Of a DNA stretch of 24,090 bases, positions 14,692 through 24,090 are shown in pieces. Origin of the DNA: a virus (taxonomy: Duplodnaviria; Caudoviricetes); IMG/VR virus record IMGVR_UViG_3300032331_000537, positions 1 through 24,090 of that record. The stretch is one strand, 5' to 3'. The translations under genes and the position numbers were made by a program. The number at the start of each line of letters is the position of its first letter. Positions within the stretch are counted from its first letter, which is position 1. The notes under the pieces were generated by a model. The model was not told the origin of the DNA. It worked only from the letters and a program-made list of their open reading frames with translations, and ran no database searches.

Positions 14692-15153
14692 GTGGCTGGA
14701 GTAAAAGGACGTAGCGGTGGCGCTAACGGCGGACCACAGTATAACCCTGCAAATGTTTCTGCAACTGGTGGAGCTGGACAAAGCGGGACACAACCAGCAC
14801 GATATATTTCTGGATTAGGCTATGGACAAGGACAGGCTACAATGCAACAACAACAGTCTGCACCTATGGCTGCTACACCACCAACTGGTGGACTTCCACA
14901 GTCCAGCCCAATGGAATCTATGTTGCCATCAATTACACCATTGACAGCGCCAACAGAGCGTCCCAATGAACCAGTAACAGCAGGTGGAGATCTAGGTCCA
15001 GGACCAGATTCATCTGCACTTAATCTTCCAGCAATGGCTACGCCACAAGCTGAATCACCTATTCAAATCATACAAGCTCTTTATATGCAAGATCCTACAA
15101 ATGAAGATGTTCGATACATCCTAGAGGGACTAACTTCACAAGGGCGGCTATAG
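14692..15153 (+). CDS. G/P/Q-rich low-complexity protein, probably virion-associated
   Basis: AGGAGG RBS and GTG start; lies in the structural operon. Confidence 0.75.
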   Translation: MAGVKGRSGGANGGPQYNPANVSATGGAGQSGTQPARYISGLGYGQGQATMQQQQSAPMAATPPTGGLPQSSPMESMLPSITPLTAPTERPNEPVTAGGDLGPGPDSSALNLPAMATPQAESPIQIIQALYMQDPTNEDVRYILEGLTSQGRL

Positions 15154-18100
15154 TGGCTAGTTTTCCAAAAGTAAAAAAGGATGCTAACGGCTTACCAATT
15201 ATGGTTGGTGTAGATGAGCGCATCACTACACAAGATCAAGCAGACTATTCTGATATTCTTAAAGCATCTCAATTAGTTACAGGTATTGACGGAGATCGTT
15301 TACGCGGTCTTATCAAAGATAATCCTGGAGCATCTGCTGGTCTTATAACTAGCCTATCTCGTGCAGGCGCAATGCCTGATAACAACCTTGTAAAGGTTCT
15401 AACACAGATTGATGTTCAGACTCGTGAACAACGTGCTGCTGATGTAAAAAAAGAAAGCGATAAAATCGCTACACAAAGATTTAATTCAACTCCTTGGGGT
15501 TTTGCTTGGTCACAACTTAAAGGTTTAGTACGTGGTTCTGCTGTTGTTGGAAACACACCAGTGGAAGCACTGGCTGCTCCATTTAGAACAGCAGTTGACG
15601 GACTTGGAAAAGAATTTAATGCAATTAGAAATGGCGAAGTTGACTGGTTTGGTAATCCATTATCAGGTAAGACTCGTGAAGAATTAGGTTTAGTTAAAGC
15701 TGAACCTTTTGCTGCACAAAAAGATATTGCAAAAGAATTTCTTGGACAGCAAACTGTGTTCCAAATAACAAAGCAATTATTTGATGAAGGCAAGGTTGAT
15801 CTTGGCAGTGGGTTCTTCCCATCAGAAGAAAGTGGCGCTGGATTTGCTGCACGTGAAGAACAACTAAAAGCAAACAAAGTTGCCTTTAAAGTCAATGGAC
15901 AAACATACTACCGACCTTACGCTCTTCTTGATCCAGTAGCATATGTTGTAACTGGAGGACACCCAGAGAGCAGCACTGCTAGAGTTATTACAGCACTTGG
16001 AGATATTGGTGTTGCTGTTGCACTTGATCCGTTCCTTGCAGTTGGAAGACTCAAGGCAGCAAAAGAATTAGCAGATACTATATCACAAGCATCATCTGGT
16101 GTCAAGGCAGCTAAGGCTGCAAAAGATGCATCTATTCTAAAGTCTCAACTTGATGATGCAATCAAGCGGACTCAAGATTCACTTGATGCTATGAAGGTGT
16201 CATCTGCTGGTTCTAAGAATAATAAAATGAATCAGTACCTAAAGAACTTTAATCAGATGGCCAAGATTCGTGATCAGTATAATAATATTAAGATTGACTA
16301 TGATAGCATAGCTAACTTTCTATCTGGTCCAGCAAGTGCACACATTATTGATACAATTGCCGATATCTCTGACTTTAGAAAAATTCAGAAGTTGTCCAAA
16401 GGTAGACTTACTGTAGATGAAGCGGTTGCATTAGCAAAAGCAACCACTCGTGAAGAAGTTTTGCAGGCTATTGCCCCATACATTGCTGATGGTGCTGTGA
16501 TTCAGCGCTCATTAGAGCAAGGAACTAAGACTGGTCGTGCTATTTCCAGACTAGCAAGTGGCATTAGCAAGGGACAAAGCGTAAGAGCCTCACAGTTTGT
16601 GCGTGGTGCTGCAGCAAATGCACTCAATCGCATACCTATTAGTGAGAAAATCATAGCAATTGGGCGTAAGTATGACGCATACTTGCCAAATGCTGGTGGA
16701 ACCCTCATTCACGTGAGCAACAAGGATAAACTTGTTGAAACAGTTAATGACATTGGCCGTTATATGGAACTTGATAAGACAGTTCTAGATAACCTTATCA
16801 ATGACATTGCATTTGCACAAACTGGTACTAAATCAGGTTACGATGCTACAGCAAAACTGTTTGATGCTATCTTTACTAAGTATTCATCACGTTTTCAGGG
16901 TGAAGAACTAGAAGCATTCAAGAAACTTACACGTGCATTTGACACTGAGCGTAAAAATACCTCAGCATACTGGGCACAGCAGCACGCTACTGGTGCTGAG
17001 ATCAACTTTGGTCTAGTAAATGGTAAGCAGATTACTCTTCACAGTTCGCATCTTGACTCAGAGTTACTAAACTCCTTTGTATTCGTACCAAGTCCAAGAG
17101 AAATTAAAGATGCACTAGAGTCTGCTAGTAAAATATTTCGCTATACAAAAGATATTAATGGTGCATTGAGTTCTTTTACTGGTGTATGGAAGAAAACTGT
17201 AATGGTTCGCCCTGCATATATCTCGAGAAACATCATTGAAGAACAGATCCGTGTATTCGGTGTGGGTCACGTCTCATTCTTTAACCATCCTTTAAGCGCT
17301 ATGGCTATGTGGATGGGAAGAGATGGCGGTCCTAAATGGAAAGCACTTCTCAATAAACTAGATGAAACACGCAATGATGTATATGGCGTATCACTTAAGG
17401 GCAAGACAGCAGCAGAAGACTTCTCACACGAGACGCTTGCTGGTGAACTTGTAGGTCCTTATGTTGCATTTATGTCTGAGTCCTCTATGGGTTCTGCTGG
17501 TGATGGTGCGCTTAACAAGATCATTACAAGCCTTGGATACCAGAAGGAAGTATACGGACATCCATCTTGGTGGGGTGGCTATGCTAGTCAAATGCGTATC
17601 CTACACAACTCTGCATTCGTACGTAAAGTGCTATCAACTCCAACAGGTAAAGAACTTGATACTGTCAACTTCTTCCTCAAGGGTGAAGGCAAGGATGATC
17701 TAGCGCGATTTATTGCATCTAAAGATCAAGAGTTCAAAGATTTTGTAAGTACTCCAGAAGGTTTAATGAAATACTTATTCACTGGAACAAATGATTTAGG
17801 TCAAGAAGTATCTGTCCTAGCTCGCATCGAAGAGATGGCTGGCGGAGGAGAAGGTGCATCACTTATCAAGCAACTCATACTAGACGGTAAGGTTGCAATT
17901 GGTGGAAAAACAATTGAAATTCCTAATGGAAAAACAATTGCAGAAGCAACAAGTAAGTTAAGCAATAAAAGACTTACTAAGCGTGCTGGATTCACAAAGA
18001 TAAACGATGAGTTTGCTAAAACTCTACAGAATACATTTGATGGTCTAGGCAATTGGGACAATGTTCGTATGGTTGTTCCAGTTAAAAGCGTTGAAGCTGC

Positions 18101-20009
18101 TCGTGGAATCCCAGGTGAGTTTGAAAAACTAACTAACTGGTTCTTTGAGAAGGCTGTCCGCTTTGAGAAGACTACAACAATGGGTCCTGAATGGCGTCAG
18201 TCTTACTGGGATGCTATCCGCGATCTATCCGCAGGGCTTAATGCTGATGCTATTGCTAGACTACGACCAGTTGCAGAAAAGAGTTTACTCTCTTTAAAGA
18301 ACCCAATTACTGGACGCAACGTTGGCTCTAACCATAAAGTATGGAATGCTCTAGACGGTGCAAGTGGTAAGGGTCCAATCACCCTTGATGAAGCACACGA
18401 GTACGCTGCAAACCTAGCAAATAAAAAGGTTGCAAGTTTATTCTACGATGCAAGTAAGCGTAATCTATTGTTCCATCAGATGCGTCTTATCTTCCCATTT
18501 ATGCAAGCCTGGGAAAACACACTTGAAGAGTGGTCACGCATTGCGTTGAACAATCCACTACAGATTTATAAAGCAGCCAAGGTTGGTGACTGGGCAAGTA
18601 GTTCATCATCATCAGCGTTGTATGAATTAACTGATGCAAAAGACTACTACGATCCAAATCAAGGATTCTTCTTTGGAGATCCACAGACTGGTGAGCGTAA
18701 GTTCTTTGTTCCTTTTGCTACTACTGGTTTGAATATACTTCAGACTATGATTCCTGGTGGTTCTGCTGCACGATTAAGTGGTCCTATGGCATTCTCTGCC
18801 ACACCACAGTCATTTAACTTTGCCCTTGGTGGAGGCAGTTTCTTCCCTGGATTTGGTCCTGGTATCCTTATATCAGCAGCAATGCTTGATGCATTGAATA
18901 AGAATCCACTTAAGATACTACCAGCAAATCTTGAAGAAGATATCTACCGTATTGCATTCCCTTACGGACTGCCTGATATCAAGAATCGTGGTCTAATTGA
19001 TGGAGCATTGCTTACATCTAACTGGGCACGTATTATCCAAGGTGGTATCCTAGGCATTGAATCTGCGTACTCCAGTGCATTTGCGCCAAGTATGTTGTAT
19101 CTTGCTAATAGTGGAGACTATAGCCTAGATGATCCTAACGATCAGTCTCGATTGGTAAAGGATAGTGACAACTTAGCACGTTACTTTACTATGTGGCGTG
19201 GTATCTTTGGTGCACTAACACCAATTCCTTTTGCTATGAAACCTGAAGCACTTGCTAAAAGCAAGGATGGAAACACTGTACTTGCCACAGCACTATGGTC
19301 TGACTTTAAGAACCTAGAAAAAGAAGCAGGTTCTAACAAGAACAAGGCATATGCAGACTTCTTAGATACATATGGACCCGAACAGGTGTTCGCTATTGTC
19401 AGAACAACTACTGGATTTGAACCGACAAATCTACCTACATACAATTTAATCCGCAAGGATCCATCAGTGCTTGATAAGTATCCTGATATCTATGGAACAT
19501 TCTATCCTAACGGAGAACTATCACAGGTTCTTTATAAGTTCCAACAGATGCAAGGCAACTTCACAAAGATGAGCACTGCCGATATTATGGCAGAAGCTAC
19601 TCGTGTACGCTATAAGGCTGCTAAAGATCGCTTGATGTCACGCTCAGTTGGTGAAGGCTGGGAAAAATCACAGTATGATGAAGCCCTTAAATCACTCAAT
19701 GAATCATATACATCACGCAATTATGACCCAGGTAAAGTAGACTTTGGGTGGCAAGACCGTGCAATAACACAACTAAAGCTTGCTGTAAATGATGATACAT
19801 TAGTTGATTCAGATGCACTTGCTGGTGCTCGTGCATATCTTATCCAACGCGATAAGGCTCTTGAAGCAAGCGGTATGAAGACTCTTAATAATCAAGCATC
19901 TGCACCACAACGTGAGTGGCTTGCTACTGAAGCACTCAACCTTTTAAAGAAGTATCCTGACTTTCAGAAGATATTCTACACATACTTTAAGAATGAATTG
20001 GAGGGCTAA
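15153..20009 (+). CDS. Large putative internal virion (ejection) protein, 1618 aa
   Basis: Long, Ala-rich, helical-looking ORF coupled by TAGTG; no catalytic motif recognised. Function inferred from size and context. Confidence 0.65.
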   Translation: MASFPKVKKDANGLPIMVGVDERITTQDQADYSDILKASQLVTGIDGDRLRGLIKDNPGASAGLITSLSRAGAMPDNNLVKVLTQIDVQTREQRAADVKKESDKIATQRFNSTPWGFAWSQLKGLVRGSAVVGNTPVEALAAPFRTAVDGLGKEFNAIRNGEVDWFGNPLSGKTREELGLVKAEPFAAQKDIAKEFLGQQTVFQITKQLFDEGKVDLGSGFFPSEESGAGFAAREEQLKANKVAFKVNGQTYYRPYALLDPVAYVVTGGHPESSTARVITALGDIGVAVALDPFLAVGRLKAAKELADTISQASSGVKAAKAAKDASILKSQLDDAIKRTQDSLDAMKVSSAGSKNNKMNQYLKNFNQMAKIRDQYNNIKIDYDSIANFLSGPASAHIIDTIADISDFRKIQKLSKGRLTVDEAVALAKATTREEVLQAIAPYIADGAVIQRSLEQGTKTGRAISRLASGISKGQSVRASQFVRGAAANALNRIPISEKIIAIGRKYDAYLPNAGGTLIHVSNKDKLVETVNDIGRYMELDKTVLDNLINDIAFAQTGTKSGYDATAKLFDAIFTKYSSRFQGEELEAFKKLTRAFDTERKNTSAYWAQQHATGAEINFGLVNGKQITLHSSHLDSELLNSFVFVPSPREIKDALESASKIFRYTKDINGALSSFTGVWKKTVMVRPAYISRNIIEEQIRVFGVGHVSFFNHPLSAMAMWMGRDGGPKWKALLNKLDETRNDVYGVSLKGKTAAEDFSHETLAGELVGPYVAFMSESSMGSAGDGALNKIITSLGYQKEVYGHPSWWGGYASQMRILHNSAFVRKVLSTPTGKELDTVNFFLKGEGKDDLARFIASKDQEFKDFVSTPEGLMKYLFTGTNDLGQEVSVLARIEEMAGGGEGASLIKQLILDGKVAIGGKTIEIPNGKTIAEATSKLSNKRLTKRAGFTKINDEFAKTLQNTFDGLGNWDNVRMVVPVKSVEAARGIPGEFEKLTNWFFEKAVRFEKTTTMGPEWRQSYWDAIRDLSAGLNADAIARLRPVAEKSLLSLKNPITGRNVGSNHKVWNALDGASGKGPITLDEAHEYAANLANKKVASLFYDASKRNLLFHQMRLIFPFMQAWENTLEEWSRIALNNPLQIYKAAKVGDWASSSSSSALYELTDAKDYYDPNQGFFFGDPQTGERKFFVPFATTGLNILQTMIPGGSAARLSGPMAFSATPQSFNFALGGGSFFPGFGPGILISAAMLDALNKNPLKILPANLEEDIYRIAFPYGLPDIKNRGLIDGALLTSNWARIIQGGILGIESAYSSAFAPSMLYLANSGDYSLDDPNDQSRLVKDSDNLARYFTMWRGIFGALTPIPFAMKPEALAKSKDGNTVLATALWSDFKNLEKEAGSNKNKAYADFLDTYGPEQVFAIVRTTTGFEPTNLPTYNLIRKDPSVLDKYPDIYGTFYPNGELSQVLYKFQQMQGNFTKMSTADIMAEATRVRYKAAKDRLMSRSVGEGWEKSQYDEALKSLNESYTSRNYDPGKVDFGWQDRAITQLKLAVNDDTLVDSDALAGARAYLIQRDKALEASGMKTLNNQASAPQREWLATEALNLLKKYPDFQKIFYTYFKNELEG

Positions 20010-21256
20010 TGGCTATAGTTGCTACTGGTCAGACAGCCGCTGCTGCTCAAGCAAAGGCTAAAGACAAGAAGAATACGAAACCAAAAAGCACTAATGCTCC
20101 ATCAGAAGATGTGGTCAACAATCCACCAGCATCTACTACAAGCGCTTCCAGCAAGACAAGTCTCAGCGGCTTGCCTCTTGGTATGCAAGTTAATACTGGT
20201 AAAGTTGCTACACAGTATGTAGGTAGTGGTCTAGTACAGGGCGCTCCAGTCTTTAATAGAGTTCAGTACACACAAGATAGTCCTTATCAACTTGTTGCTA
20301 ATAAAACAAATCAAGAGAAGGCTGATCTTCTGCTTGCTTTGTCAGCAGTGCCTGAGTTATACTCTAAAGGACAAGCCCCAACTACAGACTTTATTCGTCA
20401 ACAGGGTAATGCTATTTCATTCCGTCCTGAGGATTATAAAGCTTTAACAAATATTATGATCCACGCCGATAAGGTGGGGCAAACATATGATGCAAGTCTC
20501 ATTACGTTTGTACAGAATCCTGGTCTAGCAAAGCAATACTTTGGTAATGTATCTGGTGCTGGAAAAACTATATCTTTATCACGTCCAGCAGAACTTAAAG
20601 CAGAACTTACTGCTAAGTTTATGGACTTGTTTGATATAATGCCAGATGATAAGATATCTCAGTCTTATGTTAAAGATATCAACAAGGCAGAGATGCGTGC
20701 CAAAGGCGGCATCAGTCCACAGGAAAAAGAAGATATTTTTCTTAAATATGTAGAGAAGACAGCAAGTGAACGCTTTAAGATTGCTGCTGCTACACCAGGT
20801 CAAGAAGACAACATTGCACTTGAGGCTGGATCTCTTGGTACTGTAATCAAGCAGATTCGTAATGCTTATGCAAACAATGGTCTTGCTACATCTGAAAAGA
20901 AGATTTATGCTGATGCACTCAAAGGCATTCGTAGCAAACAAGCTCTTGATAATACATTAAATAATATTTCAGTACAAGCAATTACACAGTTCCCAGCATT
21001 TAAACAACAGATTCTAGATGGTTCAACTGTCAAAGACTTGCTTGATCCATACGTGCCATCATACCAAAAAATCTATGGCAGTCTTCCAAAACCAAGCGAT
21101 CTATATGAAGTTGCTGCTGGAACATCAGCAATTCCTGTTGCAGAATGGGAAATGATGCAGTGGAAAAAGCCAAAGATCAAAGAAACTAATTTTTATAAGA
21201 ATACTATCAACGCCGATATTAGAAATATGGCTACAGCGTTTGGAGCAAATGTATAA
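20009..21256 (+). CDS. Putative internal virion protein, 415 aa
   Basis: TAATG-coupled ORF in the structural operon; function inferred. Confidence 0.6.
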   Translation: MAIVATGQTAAAAQAKAKDKKNTKPKSTNAPSEDVVNNPPASTTSASSKTSLSGLPLGMQVNTGKVATQYVGSGLVQGAPVFNRVQYTQDSPYQLVANKTNQEKADLLLALSAVPELYSKGQAPTTDFIRQQGNAISFRPEDYKALTNIMIHADKVGQTYDASLITFVQNPGLAKQYFGNVSGAGKTISLSRPAELKAELTAKFMDLFDIMPDDKISQSYVKDINKAEMRAKGGISPQEKEDIFLKYVEKTASERFKIAAATPGQEDNIALEAGSLGTVIKQIRNAYANNGLATSEKKIYADALKGIRSKQALDNTLNNISVQAITQFPAFKQQILDGSTVKDLLDPYVPSYQKIYGSLPKPSDLYEVAAGTSAIPVAEWEMMQWKKPKIKETNFYKNTINADIRNMATAFGANV

Positions 21257-22716
21257 TGGCTGGCGCATTTGATAAAGAGACACTTAGTTTTAGTACTGTT
21301 GATGAACAGGCAAAAGCTGCTGGTTCACGTGCTGCTGCGATAGATGCTGCAGCGCAAGCAAAAATACAAGCAGATTATACAAAAACTAAATCAACTACTG
21401 GCAAAACTTTACTTGATCAACAAACAACTATCAAGAATTTAGCAGCACGTGCCAGTGAGATTACAGATCCTAATAAAAGAAAAGCATTTGTTGAAGCTTC
21501 TAAAGCTGCACTTGCTGACGTTAAACTTGGTTTACAACTCCAGGCTATAATTGATAAAGCAGAAGAAGCATCTAATATTGCTAAAGATCCAAATAATTTA
21601 ATGAGCAGCGATTCTATATTTACATCATCTGCCAAAACTGGTATATCAAATACTGGAAAATATTATGTAGATGGTGTGCAAGTAAGCAAAGAAGAATACG
21701 TCAATCAAGTTGGTGGGACTGATCGTGTAGTTGGTGGCGGCACTCTTGGTGGGGGGACTGGCGGAAGTCAAACTCCTACAGGACAGTCTGGTGGAGTAGG
21801 AAGCCTTCTTGCTAATCCAGAATACGCAGCACTTATTGCATCGCTTGAATCTTACGGTCTTAAAAATATAGCCTCAGTACTAGAGCAAATTCGTGTAGAT
21901 AACCCTAGCATTTCTGGTGAAGGTATGCTTACCTTATTAAGAAGTGATGCTCGTTACAACAAAGAATATTTGATTAGATTTTCAGGCAATGAAAAGCTAA
22001 AGACTGCTGGCAAGCCTATGCTTGATGAGAGAACATATCTAGCAAACGAAGCAGCATATGAAAAAGTTTTCACACAATATCAGTTGCCTCAATTTGTAAA
22101 TAGAAGTAAGTACGCTGACTTTATTGGTGGTAGCATTGCTCCTACTGAAGTTGCTAGCCGTGTCTCTCTTGCATATGATAGACTACTCAAAGCAAACCCA
22201 GGGTCACTTGATGCGTTCAGGAGATTCTTTCCTCAACTATCAACTAGTGATATAGTTGGTGCTATGCTTGATCCAGCAGAACAACTTCCTGCATTGCAGA
22301 GAAAAGTTATTGCTGCCGAGGTTGGTGGAGCAGCAATTGAGCAGGGACTTAATGCCTCTCTTGCAGCACAGAGCATTCAATCACAGAAGTATTCTAACTT
22401 ACAATCTGGTACAGTTGGAGCGGAAACTCTTCAGCAGGCTGGTATCGAGAAGGATGTTGCTCAAGCTGGATATGAGAAGATTGCTACAGAACTTCCAACT
22501 ATGGAAAAACTTAGTTCCATTTATGGAACAACACTTGAGGCATATACACAGAAAGAAGCAGAACAATCACAGTTACTGGGTCTTGCGTCTGCTACAAGAA
22601 AGAAGCAACAATTACTTGCTAGAGAAGCAGCTCAATTCCAAGGAACAGCTGGAACAACAAAGGGTTCATTCTCTACACAGTACCTGAACAGACAATCGTC
22701 TACAGGCGCTTTCTAA
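21256..22716 (+). CDS. Putative internal virion protein, 486 aa
   Basis: TAATG-coupled, A/Q-rich helical sequence with a Gly-rich linker; function inferred. Confidence 0.6.
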   Translation: MAGAFDKETLSFSTVDEQAKAAGSRAAAIDAAAQAKIQADYTKTKSTTGKTLLDQQTTIKNLAARASEITDPNKRKAFVEASKAALADVKLGLQLQAIIDKAEEASNIAKDPNNLMSSDSIFTSSAKTGISNTGKYYVDGVQVSKEEYVNQVGGTDRVVGGGTLGGGTGGSQTPTGQSGGVGSLLANPEYAALIASLESYGLKNIASVLEQIRVDNPSISGEGMLTLLRSDARYNKEYLIRFSGNEKLKTAGKPMLDERTYLANEAAYEKVFTQYQLPQFVNRSKYADFIGGSIAPTEVASRVSLAYDRLLKANPGSLDAFRRFFPQLSTSDIVGAMLDPAEQLPALQRKVIAAEVGGAAIEQGLNASLAAQSIQSQKYSNLQSGTVGAETLQQAGIEKDVAQAGYEKIATELPTMEKLSSIYGTTLEAYTQKEAEQSQLLGLASATRKKQQLLAREAAQFQGTAGTTKGSFSTQYLNRQSSTGAF

Positions 22717-22725
22717 CACAGAATC

Positions 22726-22847
22726 CTATATGGACCTATCGGCCCCATATAGTGTACAAGACCGATAGCAAGAGCCAGACCAGTTCCCCGATTGGAATCT
22801 GAGGCTTGCGACTAAAACGAATAGAAGGGTGGGTTGCTATGAGCAAC
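22726..22847 (+). ncRNA. Structured cis-regulatory RNA leader: H-type pseudoknot, hairpin and start-codon hairpin
   Basis: S1 CTATATGG/CCATATAG and S2 CTATCGG/CCGATAG are both perfect; hairpin at about 22768-22809; GTTGCT-ATG-AGCAAC encloses the start codon. Confidence 0.7.
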
Positions 22848-23315
22848 AACTACTGGGACGAAGACGAAGACGACATAGATACACAAGATGAATCACAAAT
22901 GGATGGTAGTGACTTACTTAAAAAGTTACGCAAAGCCAAACGTTCTGATGAAAAGCGTATTAAAGAACTCACTGAGCAACTTGAGGGTTTATCCAAGGCG
23001 CAGCGTGAGCGTACAGTCAAAGAAGTCCTAGAAAAGAAGGGTGTAAATCCTAAAGCAGTACGTTTAATTCTAAAAGATATTGACGATATTTCAGAAGAGT
23101 CAGTTAATACCTGGCTTGATGATAACGGAGATTTGTTTGGGTTAACTCCTGCACGGGACGCATCCGCAGCAAACACTGCAGACCTAGCGGCATTACGCCA
23201 ACAGGATGTAGTAACGCAGGGTGCAACAACACCTGATAGAGCAGAGAACATAGAACAACGATTAGCCAATGCAGAATCTGCAGAGGAAGTCATTGCTCTA
23301 CTCCGCTCAAACTAA
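22839..23315 (+). CDS. Capsid scaffolding protein (158 aa)
   Basis: Acidic N-terminus and coiled coil, directly upstream of the capsid gene; GAAGGG RBS before ATG 22839. Confidence 0.75.
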   Translation: MSNNYWDEDEDDIDTQDESQMDGSDLLKKLRKAKRSDEKRIKELTEQLEGLSKAQRERTVKEVLEKKGVNPKAVRLILKDIDDISEESVNTWLDDNGDLFGLTPARDASAANTADLAALRQQDVVTQGATTPDRAENIEQRLANAESAEEVIALLRSN

Positions 23316-23353
23316 CACATTCATAGTTCCTAGTCACTTGGAGGTGACAAGCA

Positions 23354-24090
23354 ATGGCTAATTCCTACGTATCCACAGGTTCATCCTCACTCGGAGGTAC
23401 CGCTGGTTCAGCAGGTTTAGTACAGAAGGCGTATGACCGTCTTTTGGAGTTTGCTCTCCGTTCAGAACCACTTATTCGTTCTGTCGCAGACAAGCGCCCA
23501 ACTAACCAATCAATCCCTGGCTCAACAGTCGTTCTACAACGTTACGTTGACCTTTCAGCAGCAACAACTGCACTCACAGAAGACACTGACCCAGATGCAG
23601 TAGCAATGTCTACACCAACATCTGTAACTATTACTCTTAACGAGTATGGTAACTCAGTGTTGGTGACACGTGCGTTGGAACTCTTCAGCCTCGCTGATGT
23701 AGACCCAGCAATCGCTAACATCATTGCATTCAACCTTGCAGATTCTATTGATTCAGTCGCGATGACAACTCTTCGCGGTGGAACAAACGTAATCTACTCA
23801 GGTTCAACTGCAACATCAACAGCAACAGTTACTGCTGCTGCAACACTCTCTTCTGCAAACATCCGCAAGGCTGTTGCAAAGTTGCGTGCTAACAAGACAA
23901 CTGCCCGCAAGGGTTCACTCTACTGGGCTGGTATCCACCCAGAAGTTTCACACGACCTTCGCGCCGAAACAGGCTCAGCAGGTTGGTTGCTTCCTAACCA
24001 ATACGGTTCTGCACAAGACCGTATCTGGGCAGGAGAAATCGGTACCTATGAAGGTGCTTATTTCGTAGAGTCTGCTCGTTTGTACAATGC
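23354..24090 (+). CDS. Major capsid protein (N4-gp56-like, HK97 fold), truncated by the window end; not in ORF track
   Basis: GGAGG RBS; open frame MANSYVSTG...AYDRLLEFALR...VTITLNEYGN...IHPEVSHDLR...GEIGTYEGAYFVES runs to the window end. Confidence 0.9.
   Translation, partial: MANSYVSTGSSSLGGTAGSAGLVQKAYDRLLEFALRSEPLIRSVADKRPTNQSIPGSTVVLQRYVDLSAATTALTEDTDPDAVAMSTPTSVTITLNEYGNSVLVTRALELFSLADVDPAIANIIAFNLADSIDSVAMTTLRGGTNVIYSGSTATSTATVTAAATLSSANIRKAVAKLRANKTTARKGSLYWAGIHPEVSHDLRAETGSAGWLLPNQYGSAQDRIWAGEIGTYEGAYFVESARLYN

Noticed and set aside
15153-20009. Tape measure protein or virion RNA polymerase
   Set aside because: No tail tube or assembly chaperone context, no periodic repeats and no polymerase motifs recognised.
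21730-21770. G-run as a slippage site or G-quadruplex
   Set aside because: Explained by a Gly-rich linker; no useful alternative frame was seen.
22726-22825. HDV-like, pistol or SAM-II/preQ1 identity for the pseudoknot
   Set aside because: It lacks the nested P3/P1.1 of HDV and the conserved nucleotides I would expect for the others; a covariance search is needed to exclude them formally.
10330-23733. Antisense and alternate-frame ORFs inside the structural genes
   Set aside because: Shadow ORFs of long coding sequences, with no motifs or RBS support.

Overview
This window is part of a dsDNA tailed-phage genome, most likely a podovirus-like phage of Actinobacteria (WhiB, actinobacterial-type transglycosylase, phage sigma factor, split primase). 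It has four blocks. (1) 1-3557 (+): replication and nucleotide genes, including a Holliday junction resolvase, a split primase, a DUF1599-like protein, a metallophosphoesterase and a sigma factor. (2) 3543-9099 (-): a tightly coupled accessory, probably early, operon with a Cys-rich amidoligase and class II glutamine amidotransferase pair, WhiB, an SLT transglycosylase, an FmdB zinc ribbon, a PD-(D/E)xK-like protein and several small proteins missed by the ORF track. (3) About 9100-10215: a divergent non-coding control region rich in palindromes and repeats. (4) 10216-24090 (+): terminase, portal, a proteasome-beta/HslV-like Ntn hydrolase, three probable internal virion proteins, scaffold and a truncated major capsid protein. 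The most notable observations are an H-type pseudoknot leader before the scaffold gene, the amidoligase/GATase pair together with the proteasome-like hydrolase, and region-specific avoidance of 4-bp palindromes. All calls come from reading motifs by eye; no database searches were run.
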